64,000 bases of DNA, from NCBI GenBank assembly GCA_963765495.1, contig CAVXWP010000001.1, positions 928,001-992,000 on the forward strand. The letters are read 5' to 3'. Positions within the stretch are counted from its first letter, which is position 1; each line of letters opens with the position of its first letter. Made by a program: the position numbers and the translations under genes. The DNA comes from Blastocatellia bacterium (lineage in GTDB: Bacteria > Acidobacteriota > Blastocatellia > UBA7656). Positions 20,545 to 29,780 of the stretch are shown piece by piece. Under the pieces are notes generated by a model, which searched no databases, was not told the DNA's origin, and saw only the letters and a list, made by a program, of their open reading frames with translations.

Positions 20545-22371
20545 GTGAGAATGAATCGCCTTTTGCACGCGTCCATGTTTCTGATTCTGATTTTAGTAAA
20601 TACATCGAGCGCGCAGACGTCCGCCGCATCTGCAAAGGCCGCGCAATCATCCGCCGGTCGCTCTATTACCGGGCGAGTAATCGGCGAAGGGGGACAGCCT
20701 TTTCGAGACGCGTCCGTTGTGGCGATGTTTGTGGGTGGGGCAACCAGAAGCGCGAGGGCGGCTTCGTTTAATCCCATAACTACGGGCGAGGACGGCAGGT
20801 TTGCGACGAGCGAACTTGAACCGGGCGTCTATGTGGTGTTGGCCTTCTCAAACGGCTACAACATGTCTGATAGAGATGCGCTTCCCTACAACAGACCCGG
20901 CGACAATGTAGCTATCTCAATGGTTAAAGGAGGCGTCATCACGGGGCGAGTAACCGATTTTTCGGGCGAGCCTGCCGTCGAAGCTCCGATTCGAGTCATT
21001 CGCGTCAAGGATGCGGGCAACCACCCGATTCGCCCCGGCGGTTCACCGTTTTCATCCGTATTCAGTATTGCTTCAGCTCCGCCCGGTGGGTGGCGAACAG
21101 ATGATCGAGGCATTTATCGAGTCTATGGATTGCAACCCGGCACATATCAGGTCGCAGCAGGTGAAGGAGAGCGGATGTCTTACCGGGGAAATCGCTATAC
21201 AGGCAACGCACCTACGTACTTTCCTTCGAGCACTCCTGACACCGCCGCAGAAGTATTGGTGCGCGAGGGAGCAGAGGTTACGGGCATAGACATACGCTAT
21301 CGCGAAGACCTCGGACACAGGATCAGCGGAAAAGTTACGGGCGCAATCGGCAGTGGCCCGGGAGCAGTCTCCCTTAAGCTTGATCGCGCACAGGGCGGTA
21401 TAAGGGAAGCATTCTCATACGCTTTACCGGGTACGGCCAATAACGGCTTTCTCATTGATAGTGTGGCGGACGGCGACTATTATCTGACGGCGGAATTCCT
21501 GGCAAATGAAGGTGCAGCTTCAAAACCCCGCCGCGTAAAGGTAAACGGCGCAGACGTTACGGGCATCGAGATTAGCCTTGTGCCGCTCGGCTCGATCTCA
21601 GGGCGTGTAAACATAGAACCGGCTCAGAGGGCCGATCTCAAGCTGGCGTGCAAGGGCAAGCTCGGCGGCATGGCTCAGGAAGTGGTACTTAATGTTCACA
21701 CCGATGGAGACTACAAAGCAGAAGTACCCTTTCGCTCGACGTCTTATAATTTTAAGACTACGACTCCCGATGACAAAGGTGAGTTTAAGATCCGCTTTCT
21801 CGAAGCGGAATCTTATCATCTGAAAATAGAACTGCCCGGCGAGAGCCTCTACGTTCGCGCCATCACTTTGCCCCCGCCCGGCGGGTCGGGGAAGCAGATT
21901 GATGCGGCGCGAAATGCTATAGCGGTCAAAGCCGGAGAGCGCGTTAGTGGAGTCGTCGTCACTTTAAGCGAAGGAGCAGCTACGCTCAGCGGGCGAGTTG
22001 TCACGGCCGAAAAAGAGAAAACCCTGATGGCCCGAATGCGCGTTCATCTCGTACCGGCTGAACCGGAGGCGGGTGACGATGTGCTCAGATTCGCCGAGGC
22101 AGAGCCGGAAAGCGACGGCTCATTCACAATCGAGCACATCGCGCCCGGACGGTACTGGCTCGTGGCGCGGGCTCTTACCGATGAAGAATTATCCGCGAGT
22201 CTCGTTCGCCCTCTGGTGTGGGACGCATCAAACCGCGCCGGACTCCGATTTGAAGGCGAAGCTACAAACACGCCTGTCGAATTGAAACCCTGCCGCGAGG
22301 TCAGGGACCAACTCCTGCGCTACACACCGCTCACCCCGGCAAGCAAAGCTGCTCGGAAGAAATCGAATTAG
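20545..22371 (+). CDS. Secreted carboxypeptidase-regulatory-like protein, tandem paralogue
   Basis: Same repeat architecture (GGVITGRV, TDDRGIYRVYGL.PG.Y, TYFP). Confidence 0.75.
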   Translation: MRMNRLLHASMFLILILVNTSSAQTSAASAKAAQSSAGRSITGRVIGEGGQPFRDASVVAMFVGGATRSARAASFNPITTGEDGRFATSELEPGVYVVLAFSNGYNMSDRDALPYNRPGDNVAISMVKGGVITGRVTDFSGEPAVEAPIRVIRVKDAGNHPIRPGGSPFSSVFSIASAPPGGWRTDDRGIYRVYGLQPGTYQVAAGEGERMSYRGNRYTGNAPTYFPSSTPDTAAEVLVREGAEVTGIDIRYREDLGHRISGKVTGAIGSGPGAVSLKLDRAQGGIREAFSYALPGTANNGFLIDSVADGDYYLTAEFLANEGAASKPRRVKVNGADVTGIEISLVPLGSISGRVNIEPAQRADLKLACKGKLGGMAQEVVLNVHTDGDYKAEVPFRSTSYNFKTTTPDDKGEFKIRFLEAESYHLKIELPGESLYVRAITLPPPGGSGKQIDAARNAIAVKAGERVSGVVVTLSEGAATLSGRVVTAEKEKTLMARMRVHLVPAEPEAGDDVLRFAEAEPESDGSFTIEHIAPGRYWLVARALTDEELSASLVRPLVWDASNRAGLRFEGEATNTPVELKPCREVRDQLLRYTPLTPASKAARKKSN

Positions 22372-22487
22372 CCGGTCCGAGATTTGGAATCTCAAATCTG
22401 CGATCTTATACGGCGCTCTCTGTGTCGCCTGTAGCTGAAACCGGCTATAATTTCATGGCAGATAAAGACTGAGAATCAGGGAAAACA

Positions 22488-23864
22488 ATGGCAAAATCCA
22501 AAGGCCCGAAAACTGTTTATGTATGCCGTCAGTGCGGCTCTCAACAGCCAAAATGGATGGGCAAATGCCCCGATTGCGGCGAGTGGAACGGACTGGTCGA
22601 AGAACGCTCCACGCCCTCACGACCCGAGACCGGGCGCGGCGGGTTGTTTCGCATGCGCGAGGTTGTCCCTCTTGCCTACCAGGACATAGAGAGCCAGGAC
22701 GATTCGCGTCAGCCCTCCGGCATAACCGAGTTCGACCGTGTGCTGGGCGGCGGCATCGTGCCCGGTTCGCTCGTCCTGATTGGCGGGGAGCCGGGTTGCG
22801 GAAAATCGACCCTTCTCACACAGGTTTCAAGCAAGCTCACCGAAACCTGGGGCAAAGTCCTTTATGTGTCGGGCGAGGAGAGCGAGCGCCAGATAAAGCT
22901 CAGAGGCGAGCGGCTGGGCATCAACCCGCAACACCTTTACCTGCTGCCCGAAACATGCCTGGAACGCATCTTTGAAGAGATAGACCGGCTCGACCCGCAG
23001 GCCATCGTAGTCGATTCCGTGCAGACGGTCTTTTCCATGAATCTGGAATCTGCGCCCGGCTCCGTTTCGCAGGTGCGCGAGGTGGCCGGGCAATTCCTGA
23101 TGCTCGCCAAGAACCGCGCCATCCCGGTATTTCTGATCGGGCACGTCACAAAGGAAGGAACGATTGCGGGGCCGAAGGCGCTCGAACACATAGTCGATAC
23201 GGTGCTCTATTTCGAAGGCGAGCGCCATCACAATCACCGCATCATCCGGGCGGTCAAAAACCGATTCGGCGCGGCAAACGAACTTGGGGTCTTCGAGATG
23301 ACCGGCCACGGCCTTGAGCCTGTTCCAAACCCGTCGGGCCTTTTCTTAAATGAGCGTCCGCTCGGGGTTTCAGGCTCGATTGTGACCGCCTCGATGGAAG
23401 GGACCCGGCCTCTGCTTGTCGAATTGCAGGCGCTCGTCACCGAAAATAAATACGGCACGGGACGGCGAATGACTCAGGGCGTAGACGCAAACCGCGTGGC
23501 GCTTTTGATGGCGATGCTCGAAAAACGGGTGGGCATGAACCTGCTGGGTGATGACGTATTTGTAAACGTAGCGGGTGGAATGACGATAGATGAACCGGCG
23601 GCTGACCTCGGCATAGTGGTCGCGATAGCTTCGAGTTATCGCAATCTGGCCGTAGACGAGCGCGCCGCCGTCTTTGGCGAAGTGGGGCTTGCGGGCGAAG
23701 TGCGCGCGACCTCGCAGGCATCGGTTCGGGTGAGAGAAGCCTATGCTATGGGCTTTCGTCGATGCATAATCCCGCAGGGAAACCTGGTCGGGCTTGAATA
23801 TGACGACGGAATAGAGGTGATCGGCATACGCAACGTCGCCGATGCTCTCGATGCAGTATTCTGA
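22488..23864 (+). CDS. radA: DNA repair protein RadA/Sms
   Basis: C4 zinc finger, GEPGCGKST, KNRFG motif, Lon-like C-terminus. Confidence 0.97.
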   Translation: MAKSKGPKTVYVCRQCGSQQPKWMGKCPDCGEWNGLVEERSTPSRPETGRGGLFRMREVVPLAYQDIESQDDSRQPSGITEFDRVLGGGIVPGSLVLIGGEPGCGKSTLLTQVSSKLTETWGKVLYVSGEESERQIKLRGERLGINPQHLYLLPETCLERIFEEIDRLDPQAIVVDSVQTVFSMNLESAPGSVSQVREVAGQFLMLAKNRAIPVFLIGHVTKEGTIAGPKALEHIVDTVLYFEGERHHNHRIIRAVKNRFGAANELGVFEMTGHGLEPVPNPSGLFLNERPLGVSGSIVTASMEGTRPLLVELQALVTENKYGTGRRMTQGVDANRVALLMAMLEKRVGMNLLGDDVFVNVAGGMTIDEPAADLGIVVAIASSYRNLAVDERAAVFGEVGLAGEVRATSQASVRVREAYAMGFRRCIIPQGNLVGLEYDDGIEVIGIRNVADALDAVF

Positions 23865-24300
23865 TTTTAGATTTTGGATTTTGGATTTTGGATTCTCACT
23901 TTAGGTAGCGCTATGACTGAACAGGAATTCAAAGACCGCACGAAAGCGTTAGCACTGAGAGTCGTAAGGCTGATAAATGCCTTACCAAGAAACCAAGCGG
24001 CAGAAGTCATTGGAAAGCAGTTGCTTCGTTCCGCCACATCGGTTGGGGCAAATTATCGTGCAGCTTGCCGAGGGAAATCTGCTGCTGATGTAATTAGCAA
24101 ACTCTGTATCGTTGAAGAAGAAGCAGATGAATCTCTATATTGGATGGAACTTCTGATTGAGGCAGAAATTATTCCCAGAACTAAACTTGTGAATTTAATG
24201 TCAGAGACCAATGAGATAATTGCTATGGTTGTTTCGTCAATTAAGACTCTTCGTTCGAATCAACTGCGAAATCTAAAATCTAAAATCTAAAATCCAAAAT
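23863..24300. mobile_element. Four-helix-bundle cassette bounded by inverted ATTTT(A/G)G heptamer arrays
   Basis: gattttagattttggattttggattttggatt (23863-23894) and aatctaaaatctaaaatctaaaatccaaaat (24270-24300) enclose an AT-rich ORF; mobility is inferred. Confidence 0.6.
23913..24290 (+). CDS. Four helix bundle protein (TIGR02436 / 23S rRNA IVP / Avd-like superfamily)
   Basis: KQLLRSATSVGANYRAACR.KS..D...KL.IVEEEADES.YW.ELL. Confidence 0.9.
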   Translation: MTEQEFKDRTKALALRVVRLINALPRNQAAEVIGKQLLRSATSVGANYRAACRGKSAADVISKLCIVEEEADESLYWMELLIEAEIIPRTKLVNLMSETNEIIAMVVSSIKTLRSNQLRNLKSKI

Positions 24301-24301
24301 A

Positions 24302-24436
24302 CCAAAGGGGATGACGCAGCCCCCGTTGCCTCATCCCCTTCGGCTATTGTTTTGCTTTGTCTGTCGCTTCTCTCAGTTTTGCGATGGCCGACGCAGCCCC
24401 CGTTGCCCCGACCACCGCGTAACTTTTAAGCTACGC
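24302..24436 (-). ncRNA. Candidate sigma54-dependent sRNA of about 135 nt with three stem-loops
   Basis: SL1 24436-24417, SL2 24416-24383, A-rich linker, SL3 24340-24305 followed by U-rich sequence. SL2 and SL3 share GGCAACGGGGGCUGCG. G-U pairs in SL1 and SL2 favour the minus strand. Confidence 0.65.
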
Positions 24437-24447
24437 ATATAGGTTTG

Positions 24448-24462
24448 GCAATGCGCGTGCCA
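24448..24462 (-). promoter_or_regulatory. Sigma54 (-24/-12) promoter
   Basis: Minus strand TGGCACGCGCATTGC matches TGGCACG-N4-TTGC exactly. Confidence 0.75.
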
Positions 24463-24546
24463 TACGGTCATGACCCGCGCGGGTAGCCGTAAATGCTGTA
24501 TTTGAAGAAAAACGCCCGCAAGCTATTTGCCTCCGGTAACAAAACT

Positions 24547-24565
24547 TGTCAGCCGAATGGTGACA
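24547..24565. promoter_or_regulatory. Possible upstream activator (enhancer-binding protein) site
   Basis: TGTCA-N9-TGACA inverted repeat about 110-130 nt upstream of the predicted sigma54 start. Confidence 0.4.
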
Positions 24566-24613
24566 TATCGCGTGAGGGGGCCGATTGGCGCACGATGCGC
24601 TATCGCACGGCGC

Positions 24614-24750
24614 GGGGCCGGGGGGCGGGGGCCGGTAGATTGTGGCTTGTACGAATCTGATGCCTGTTGCCGGGGTCATGATGGTGCAGTTCGATTTAGA
24701 CCGATAAGTAGCAGGGTAAACCGGCCCCTGACCCCCGGCCCCCGGCCCCT
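24614..24750. repeat. Family D element, copy 2
   Basis: ggggccggggggcgggggccggt ... accggcccctgacccccggcccccggcccct around a spacer of about 80 nt. Confidence 0.78.
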
Positions 24751-25081
24751 ACTTTTGGGTAGCAAATCTGTTCAATTCAGTTATAATGTGTGCCGGTTAG
24801 GGGCCTCTCTCTGACCTGACTGGCAGCCAAGGCGATTTTGCGGGCCGGAGCCAGGAATGTATTCGCTCATACTTACCTGAAAACCGCGCCCCTGTAAGCT
24901 CGAAACCGGTCATATCTTCATTCGGGATTCGGGCAGTATCTTTTTTTTATTTGAGCACGATGGCTGAAAGTCATATTTGCGGTCAGGTGACCGCAACCGA
25001 TCTTTAACAATTCAGCTTAACTATTCGCAGTGTCGTATTGCAGGAACGGCTAAAGCGATAGGTAAGACGTGCGGAGGTCAT

Positions 25082-26116
25082 ATGAGATTCGACGTTACTA
25101 TAATTCGTATCGTCTTCATCGCAGCGCTCGTGAGTGCAGGCTATTTGTTAAGGCCCATCTACGGCAATCCTAAGCTTTCATCCGTAGTAGGCATAATCGT
25201 TGCCGCCTCAATAATCTTCTTCGAAACCCGCATACGCAAGGCCACTCTTAAGACTCTTATCGGCGGCGCGGTCGGGTCAATACTTGGGATCACTGGCGCT
25301 ACTTTGATTGGTTGGATCATATCGGCACAGCAGGGAATACCGGAAGAATTCAAATCCTTTGTCACGCTCACTTTGATGTTGTTTATGGGGTATGTGGGAT
25401 TAATCGTAGGTGCAGTCAAGGGGGATTATATTGATCTGGCAGCATTGGGTGGAATACTGGTAGAGAAAGGCGCGACTAAATCACATCCTCTTATCCTCGA
25501 CACTTCGGTGATCATAGATGGACGTGTGGCCGACATTGCCGAGACGGGATTTCTGGCAGGCACTCTGGTTATTCCTCAGTTTGTATTGCGCGAGCTTCAG
25601 CAGATAGCCGACAGCGCAGATTCGATAAAACGTAATCGGGGCCGTCGCGGGCTCGATATCCTTCAGCGCCTTCAAAAGAAGAAGGGCAGCTACGAGATCG
25701 TCATCAGCGAGGCCGATTTCCCCGATGTGCGCGAGGTGGACCACAAACTCATAGAGCTTGCCCGCCAGCTTGAAGGCAAGATCGTAACAAACGATTTCAA
25801 TCTAAATAAAGTCGCTCAACTGCGTGGCGTATCCGTACTCAACATCAACGAACTGGCCAACGCTCTCAAACCCGTGGTTCTGCCCGGAGAGATCATGCGC
25901 GTCTTTGTGCTCAAAGAGGGGAAAGAGTACAACCAGGGCGTCGCCTATCTTGATGACGGCACAATGGTAGTCGTAGACAACGCTCGCCGCATGATAGGCA
26001 AGAACGTGGACGTTTCGGTGACATCCGTATTGCAGACGACGGCCGGAAAGATGATCTTTGGCCGCTTCAGTGAGGACGGGCGCGCAGCCGCCCCGCGTCA
26101 TTCGGCCTCGCAGTGA
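25082..26116 (+). CDS. Membrane-anchored PIN/TRAM-domain protein (YacL-like)
   Basis: N-terminal TM helices, LDTSVIIDGR, TNDFNLNKVA, YLDDGTMVVV, QTTAGKMIF; radA-yacL-ispD-ispF synteny. Confidence 0.9.
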   Translation: MRFDVTIIRIVFIAALVSAGYLLRPIYGNPKLSSVVGIIVAASIIFFETRIRKATLKTLIGGAVGSILGITGATLIGWIISAQQGIPEEFKSFVTLTLMLFMGYVGLIVGAVKGDYIDLAALGGILVEKGATKSHPLILDTSVIIDGRVADIAETGFLAGTLVIPQFVLRELQQIADSADSIKRNRGRRGLDILQRLQKKKGSYEIVISEADFPDVREVDHKLIELARQLEGKIVTNDFNLNKVAQLRGVSVLNINELANALKPVVLPGEIMRVFVLKEGKEYNQGVAYLDDGTMVVVDNARRMIGKNVDVSVTSVLQTTAGKMIFGRFSEDGRAAAPRHSASQ

Positions 26117-26814
26117 TTGAACGAAGACTCAACATAGCCATAATTCCCGCCGCCGGTATCGGCTCGCGCATGCAGGCAAACCGCGCCAAACAGATGATAG
26201 AGCTTGCAGGCGTGCCCCTGCTCGTCCATACGCTCCGCCGTTTCGAAGAGTGCGATTGTATAGATCAGGTCATACTGGTTCTGCAACCCAACCTGACAAG
26301 CGAAGTCCTCGCGCTTATCTCTCGCCATAACCTGACAAAGATAGTCCGGGTTGTGGCCGGGGGAGCCGAGCGCCAGGACTCGATTTATCGCGGCCTTCAG
26401 GTTATAAGAGAAGAGGTCGCAGACATAGTAGCCGTTCACGACGCGGTGCGCCCGTTTGTGCGTCCCGAAGAGATTCAGGCGGTAGTCGAGCGGGCGCGCT
26501 CGACGGGGGCGGCGCTTATGGCCGTGCCTGCCACCGACACGATCAAGCAGGTGAAATCGGGTCGCGTTCAGCGCACGCTCGACCGCCGCCGCATATATCT
26601 GGCGCAGACCCCGCAGGCATTTCGGTTTTCCGTAATCCGCCAGGCCTATGAGCGTGCCTACGCCGACGGCTTCATGGCTACCGACGACTCTCAACTTGTC
26701 GAGCGGACAGGCCAGCGAGTCTCGATAGTCGAAGGCTCTCCGATCAATATCAAGATCACGCGCCCGTTCGATTTGAAACTGGCCGAGGTCATTCATTCCG
26801 AATTCTTCGGTTAA
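26113..26814 (+). CDS. ispD: 2-C-methyl-D-erythritol 4-phosphate cytidylyltransferase
   Basis: PAAGIGSRM, GGAERQDS, VHDAVRP, AQTPQAF, NIKIT. Confidence 0.95.
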   Translation: MIERRLNIAIIPAAGIGSRMQANRAKQMIELAGVPLLVHTLRRFEECDCIDQVILVLQPNLTSEVLALISRHNLTKIVRVVAGGAERQDSIYRGLQVIREEVADIVAVHDAVRPFVRPEEIQAVVERARSTGAALMAVPATDTIKQVKSGRVQRTLDRRRIYLAQTPQAFRFSVIRQAYERAYADGFMATDDSQLVERTGQRVSIVEGSPINIKITRPFDLKLAEVIHSEFFG

Positions 26815-26819
26815 GGCTT

Positions 26820-27314
26820 ATGAGCGAACCCTATCGCATAGGCACGGGCTATGACATTCACCGGCTGGTTGCCGGGCGCAGGCTTGTGCTCGGAGGGCTT
26901 GAGATACCGTTTGAAAAAGGACTGCTCGGCCATTCTGATTCCGACGTGCTCACACACGCGCTTTGCGATGCGCTGCTTGGGGCGGCCGCACTCGGCGACA
27001 TCGGCACTCATTTCCCCGATAGCGACCCTCGATTCAAAGGCGCATCGAGCCTTGACCTGCTCGCCCGCGTAGTCGCGCTTATCGCCGAGCGCGGCCTTCG
27101 AGTGGCGAATGTAGACGCGCAAGTGCTGGCCGAACGTCCAAAGCTTGCGCCTTACATCCCGGCGATGCGAAAACTTCTGGCCGATATTCTGAAGGTTGAT
27201 ATAGACCGTGTGAGCATAAAGGCGAAAACCAACGAAGGGCTTGACTCCATCGGCCGGGGCGAAGCGATGGCCGCGCAGGCCGTGGCACTCTTGGCAGTAG
27301 GCAGTAGGCAGTAG
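26820..27314 (+). CDS. ispF: 2-C-methyl-D-erythritol 2,4-cyclodiphosphate synthase
   Basis: RIGTGYDIH, GHSDSDV, GDIGTHFP, KAKTNEGL. Confidence 0.95.
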   Translation: MSEPYRIGTGYDIHRLVAGRRLVLGGLEIPFEKGLLGHSDSDVLTHALCDALLGAAALGDIGTHFPDSDPRFKGASSLDLLARVVALIAERGLRVANVDAQVLAERPKLAPYIPAMRKLLADILKVDIDRVSIKAKTNEGLDSIGRGEAMAAQAVALLAVGSRQ

Positions 27315-27460
27315 GCAGTTGAGTAAGGCTAACTATCAGTCTAATTGCAACTATATAATCGGGCGAATAGAAATAGACCACGGATGACGCGGATCGGGCG
27401 GATTTACGCGGATCTGATCATGGCTTCATAATAACTGCCTACTGCTTACTGCCTACTGCC
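27294..27460. repeat. Composite element: family C arms enclosing a family B half element
   Basis: gcagtaggcagtaggcagtaggcagtt ... gaccacggatgacgcggatcgggcggat ... aactgcctactgcttactgcctactgc. Confidence 0.8.
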
Positions 27461-27462
27461 AC

Positions 27463-27491
27463 TTGTCACACACATAAGCCGCTAGTAAACT
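27463..27491 (+). promoter_or_regulatory. Possible sigma70 promoter of the Mo-hydroxylase operon
   Basis: TTGTCA-N17-TAAACT, then GAGGAGG RBS. Confidence 0.5.
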
Positions 27492-27515
27492 TACCCCAAC
27501 TCTGAGGAGGCTCCA

Positions 27516-29780
27516 ATGGCAGTTGGGCGAAACGTCTTGCGCAAAGAAGGACGCGACAAGATTACCGGCGCGGCCCTCTACATAGACGACATCGCGTTTG
27601 AAGGAATGCTCTACGGCAAGACCATTCGCGCGCAGGTAGCTCGCGGGCGCATAAAGAGCATTTCATTCGATCCGCAATTTGACTGGTCGCAAATAGTCGT
27701 CTGTGACTATCGCGACATCCCGGGAAAAAACTACGTCGCGCTTATAGAAGACGATCAGCCATTGCTTGCTGAAACCGAAATCCGTCACTATGACGAACCC
27801 GTCTTGCTTATCGCAGCCGAAAGCCGCTCGAAGGTGGAAGAAGCCGCCCGCCTTGTGCTGATCGAATACGAAGAACTTCCCACGGTTCTGACTATCGAAG
27901 ATTCGCTTCGGCGTGATGAACTGATCTATGGCACGGATAATATCTTCAAGCGATTTCTGATCGGGCGAGGCGATGTGAGCGAAGGGTTCGAGCGCGCCGA
28001 CCGCATCATTGAAGGCACATACCGCGTCCCGCATCAGGAACAGCTTTACATCGAACCACAGGGGATGATCGCCATACCGGGCGAAGGCGAGATGACCGTG
28101 ATGGGTTCGATGCAATGCCCTTACTACGTTCATAAAGCGATCAAACAACTCTTTAACCTGAGCGACGAACGAGCCGTCATAATTCAAACGACGACCGGCG
28201 GCGGCTTTGGCGGCAAAGAAGAGTACCCTTCGACGATAGCGGCTCACGCGGCCCTGCTCGCGCATAAGGCCCGACGGCCTGTAAAACTCATCTATGATCG
28301 CGCCGAAGATATTTCCGCCACAACGAAACGACACCCGGCCATCATCCGTCACAAGACGGGCGTGACTGGTGACGGGCGATTGCTTGCAAGCGAGATCGAC
28401 ATAGTGATGGACGGCGGCGCTTATGTTACGCTCACACCCGTAGTGCTTTCACGCGGCGCGATTCACGCGCTCGGCCCATACGCTTGCCCGAACGTGCGCA
28501 TCACCGCGCGAGCCGTTGCCACAAACACGCCGCCAAACGGGGCGTTTCGCGGATTCGGCGCTCCGCAGGTCGCCTTCGCCTATGAAATGCAGATGGAAAA
28601 AATCGCCGCCGCTCTCGGTATTGATCCGCTCGCCATCCGCCGCATAAACATGCTCGGCGAAGGCGACATAACGGCGACCGGGCAGAGGCTTACCTGGAGC
28701 GTAGGCTCCGAAGATGTTTTGAACGAGGCAATCGAACGGTCGGGATTCGTGGAAAAAAGAGAGACGCTTGCGGCTGCCTGTAACACACAGAAGCGGCGCG
28801 GCGTGGGGCTGTCTCTCTTTTTTCACGGCGCGGGATTTACCGGAAGCGGCGAAGCGAAGATGAAAGCGCAGGCCGGCGTCGAGATCACAGCCGAAGGGCG
28901 CGCCCGCGTTCTTTCGGGTTCGACCGAAATAGGGCAGGGAACTAGAACCATCTTTTGCCAGATCGTAGCCGAAGAGTTGGGAATCAGCTTTGAAGATGTC
29001 GAGATAGAAGACCCCGACACCTCTCGCGTGCCCGATAGCGGTCCCACGGTCGCCTCGCGAACCTGCATGGTTGTTGGCCGCGTAGTGCAACTGGCCGCCG
29101 CCGAAGCTAAAGAAAAACTGACCCGCTACGTACGCGAAAGATTTGGCGCGCCCGAAGCCGTGTTGACAAACGGCCATTTCACTGCGGAAGGTAAACCCCT
29201 TACGAGTCTCCGCGAGATGGCGGGCGAATACATTTCGCTGCACGGGCCGTTGCTCGCCTACGGGCGATACGCGAGCCCGCCGGGTATCGCGTGGGATGAC
29301 GACACCTATTCGGGAGACGCTTATCCGGTCTATTCTTGGGGAGCGGAGGTGGCCGAAATAGAAGTGGACATGGACACTTTTGAAGTCTCTGTTCTTAAAA
29401 TCACAACGGCTCAAGATATAGGCCGCGCCATCCATCCTTTGCTTGCGGCCGGGCAGATCGAAGGCGGAACATTGCAAGCGGTCGGCTACGGATTGCTTGA
29501 AGAACTTGTCTGGGATCGCGGGCGGATAGTCAATAATCGCCTGACCAACTACATCATCCCGACCTCGCTCGATGCGCCGGATATGGAGACGATCATCGTA
29601 GAGAATGCTTATCCGCACGGCCCGTTTGGCGCAAAGGGCGTGGGCGAACTGCCTATGGATGGAGCCGCGCCCGCAATCGCGGCGGCGGTCTTCAACGCCA
29701 CGGGCGCGATGGTAACCGACATCCCCATAACTCCCGAGCGATTGATGGTCGCTCTGGAAGCAGAGACAGTCGAATCATGA
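27516..29780 (+). CDS. Xanthine dehydrogenase-family molybdopterin-binding subunit
   Basis: GGGFGGK, AFRGFG, GQG, GQIEGG, AKGVGE. Confidence 0.92.
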   Translation: MAVGRNVLRKEGRDKITGAALYIDDIAFEGMLYGKTIRAQVARGRIKSISFDPQFDWSQIVVCDYRDIPGKNYVALIEDDQPLLAETEIRHYDEPVLLIAAESRSKVEEAARLVLIEYEELPTVLTIEDSLRRDELIYGTDNIFKRFLIGRGDVSEGFERADRIIEGTYRVPHQEQLYIEPQGMIAIPGEGEMTVMGSMQCPYYVHKAIKQLFNLSDERAVIIQTTTGGGFGGKEEYPSTIAAHAALLAHKARRPVKLIYDRAEDISATTKRHPAIIRHKTGVTGDGRLLASEIDIVMDGGAYVTLTPVVLSRGAIHALGPYACPNVRITARAVATNTPPNGAFRGFGAPQVAFAYEMQMEKIAAALGIDPLAIRRINMLGEGDITATGQRLTWSVGSEDVLNEAIERSGFVEKRETLAAACNTQKRRGVGLSLFFHGAGFTGSGEAKMKAQAGVEITAEGRARVLSGSTEIGQGTRTIFCQIVAEELGISFEDVEIEDPDTSRVPDSGPTVASRTCMVVGRVVQLAAAEAKEKLTRYVRERFGAPEAVLTNGHFTAEGKPLTSLREMAGEYISLHGPLLAYGRYASPPGIAWDDDTYSGDAYPVYSWGAEVAEIEVDMDTFEVSVLKITTAQDIGRAIHPLLAAGQIEGGTLQAVGYGLLEELVWDRGRIVNNRLTNYIIPTSLDAPDMETIIVENAYPHGPFGAKGVGELPMDGAAPAIAAAVFNATGAMVTDIPITPERLMVALEAETVES

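Noticed and set aside
23913-24290. Diversity-generating retroelement (Avd-like gene)
   Set aside because: No reverse transcriptase and no TR/VR pair differing at adenines was seen in the window.
24431-24814. Short ORFs 24431..24679 (-) and 24527..24814 (+)
   Set aside because: They consist largely of family D repeat translation and overlap the sigma54 promoter region; no protein-like features.
28449-29618. 389-aa antisense ORF
   Set aside because: Shadow of the Mo-hydroxylase large subunit in GC-rich DNA; no recognisable motifs.
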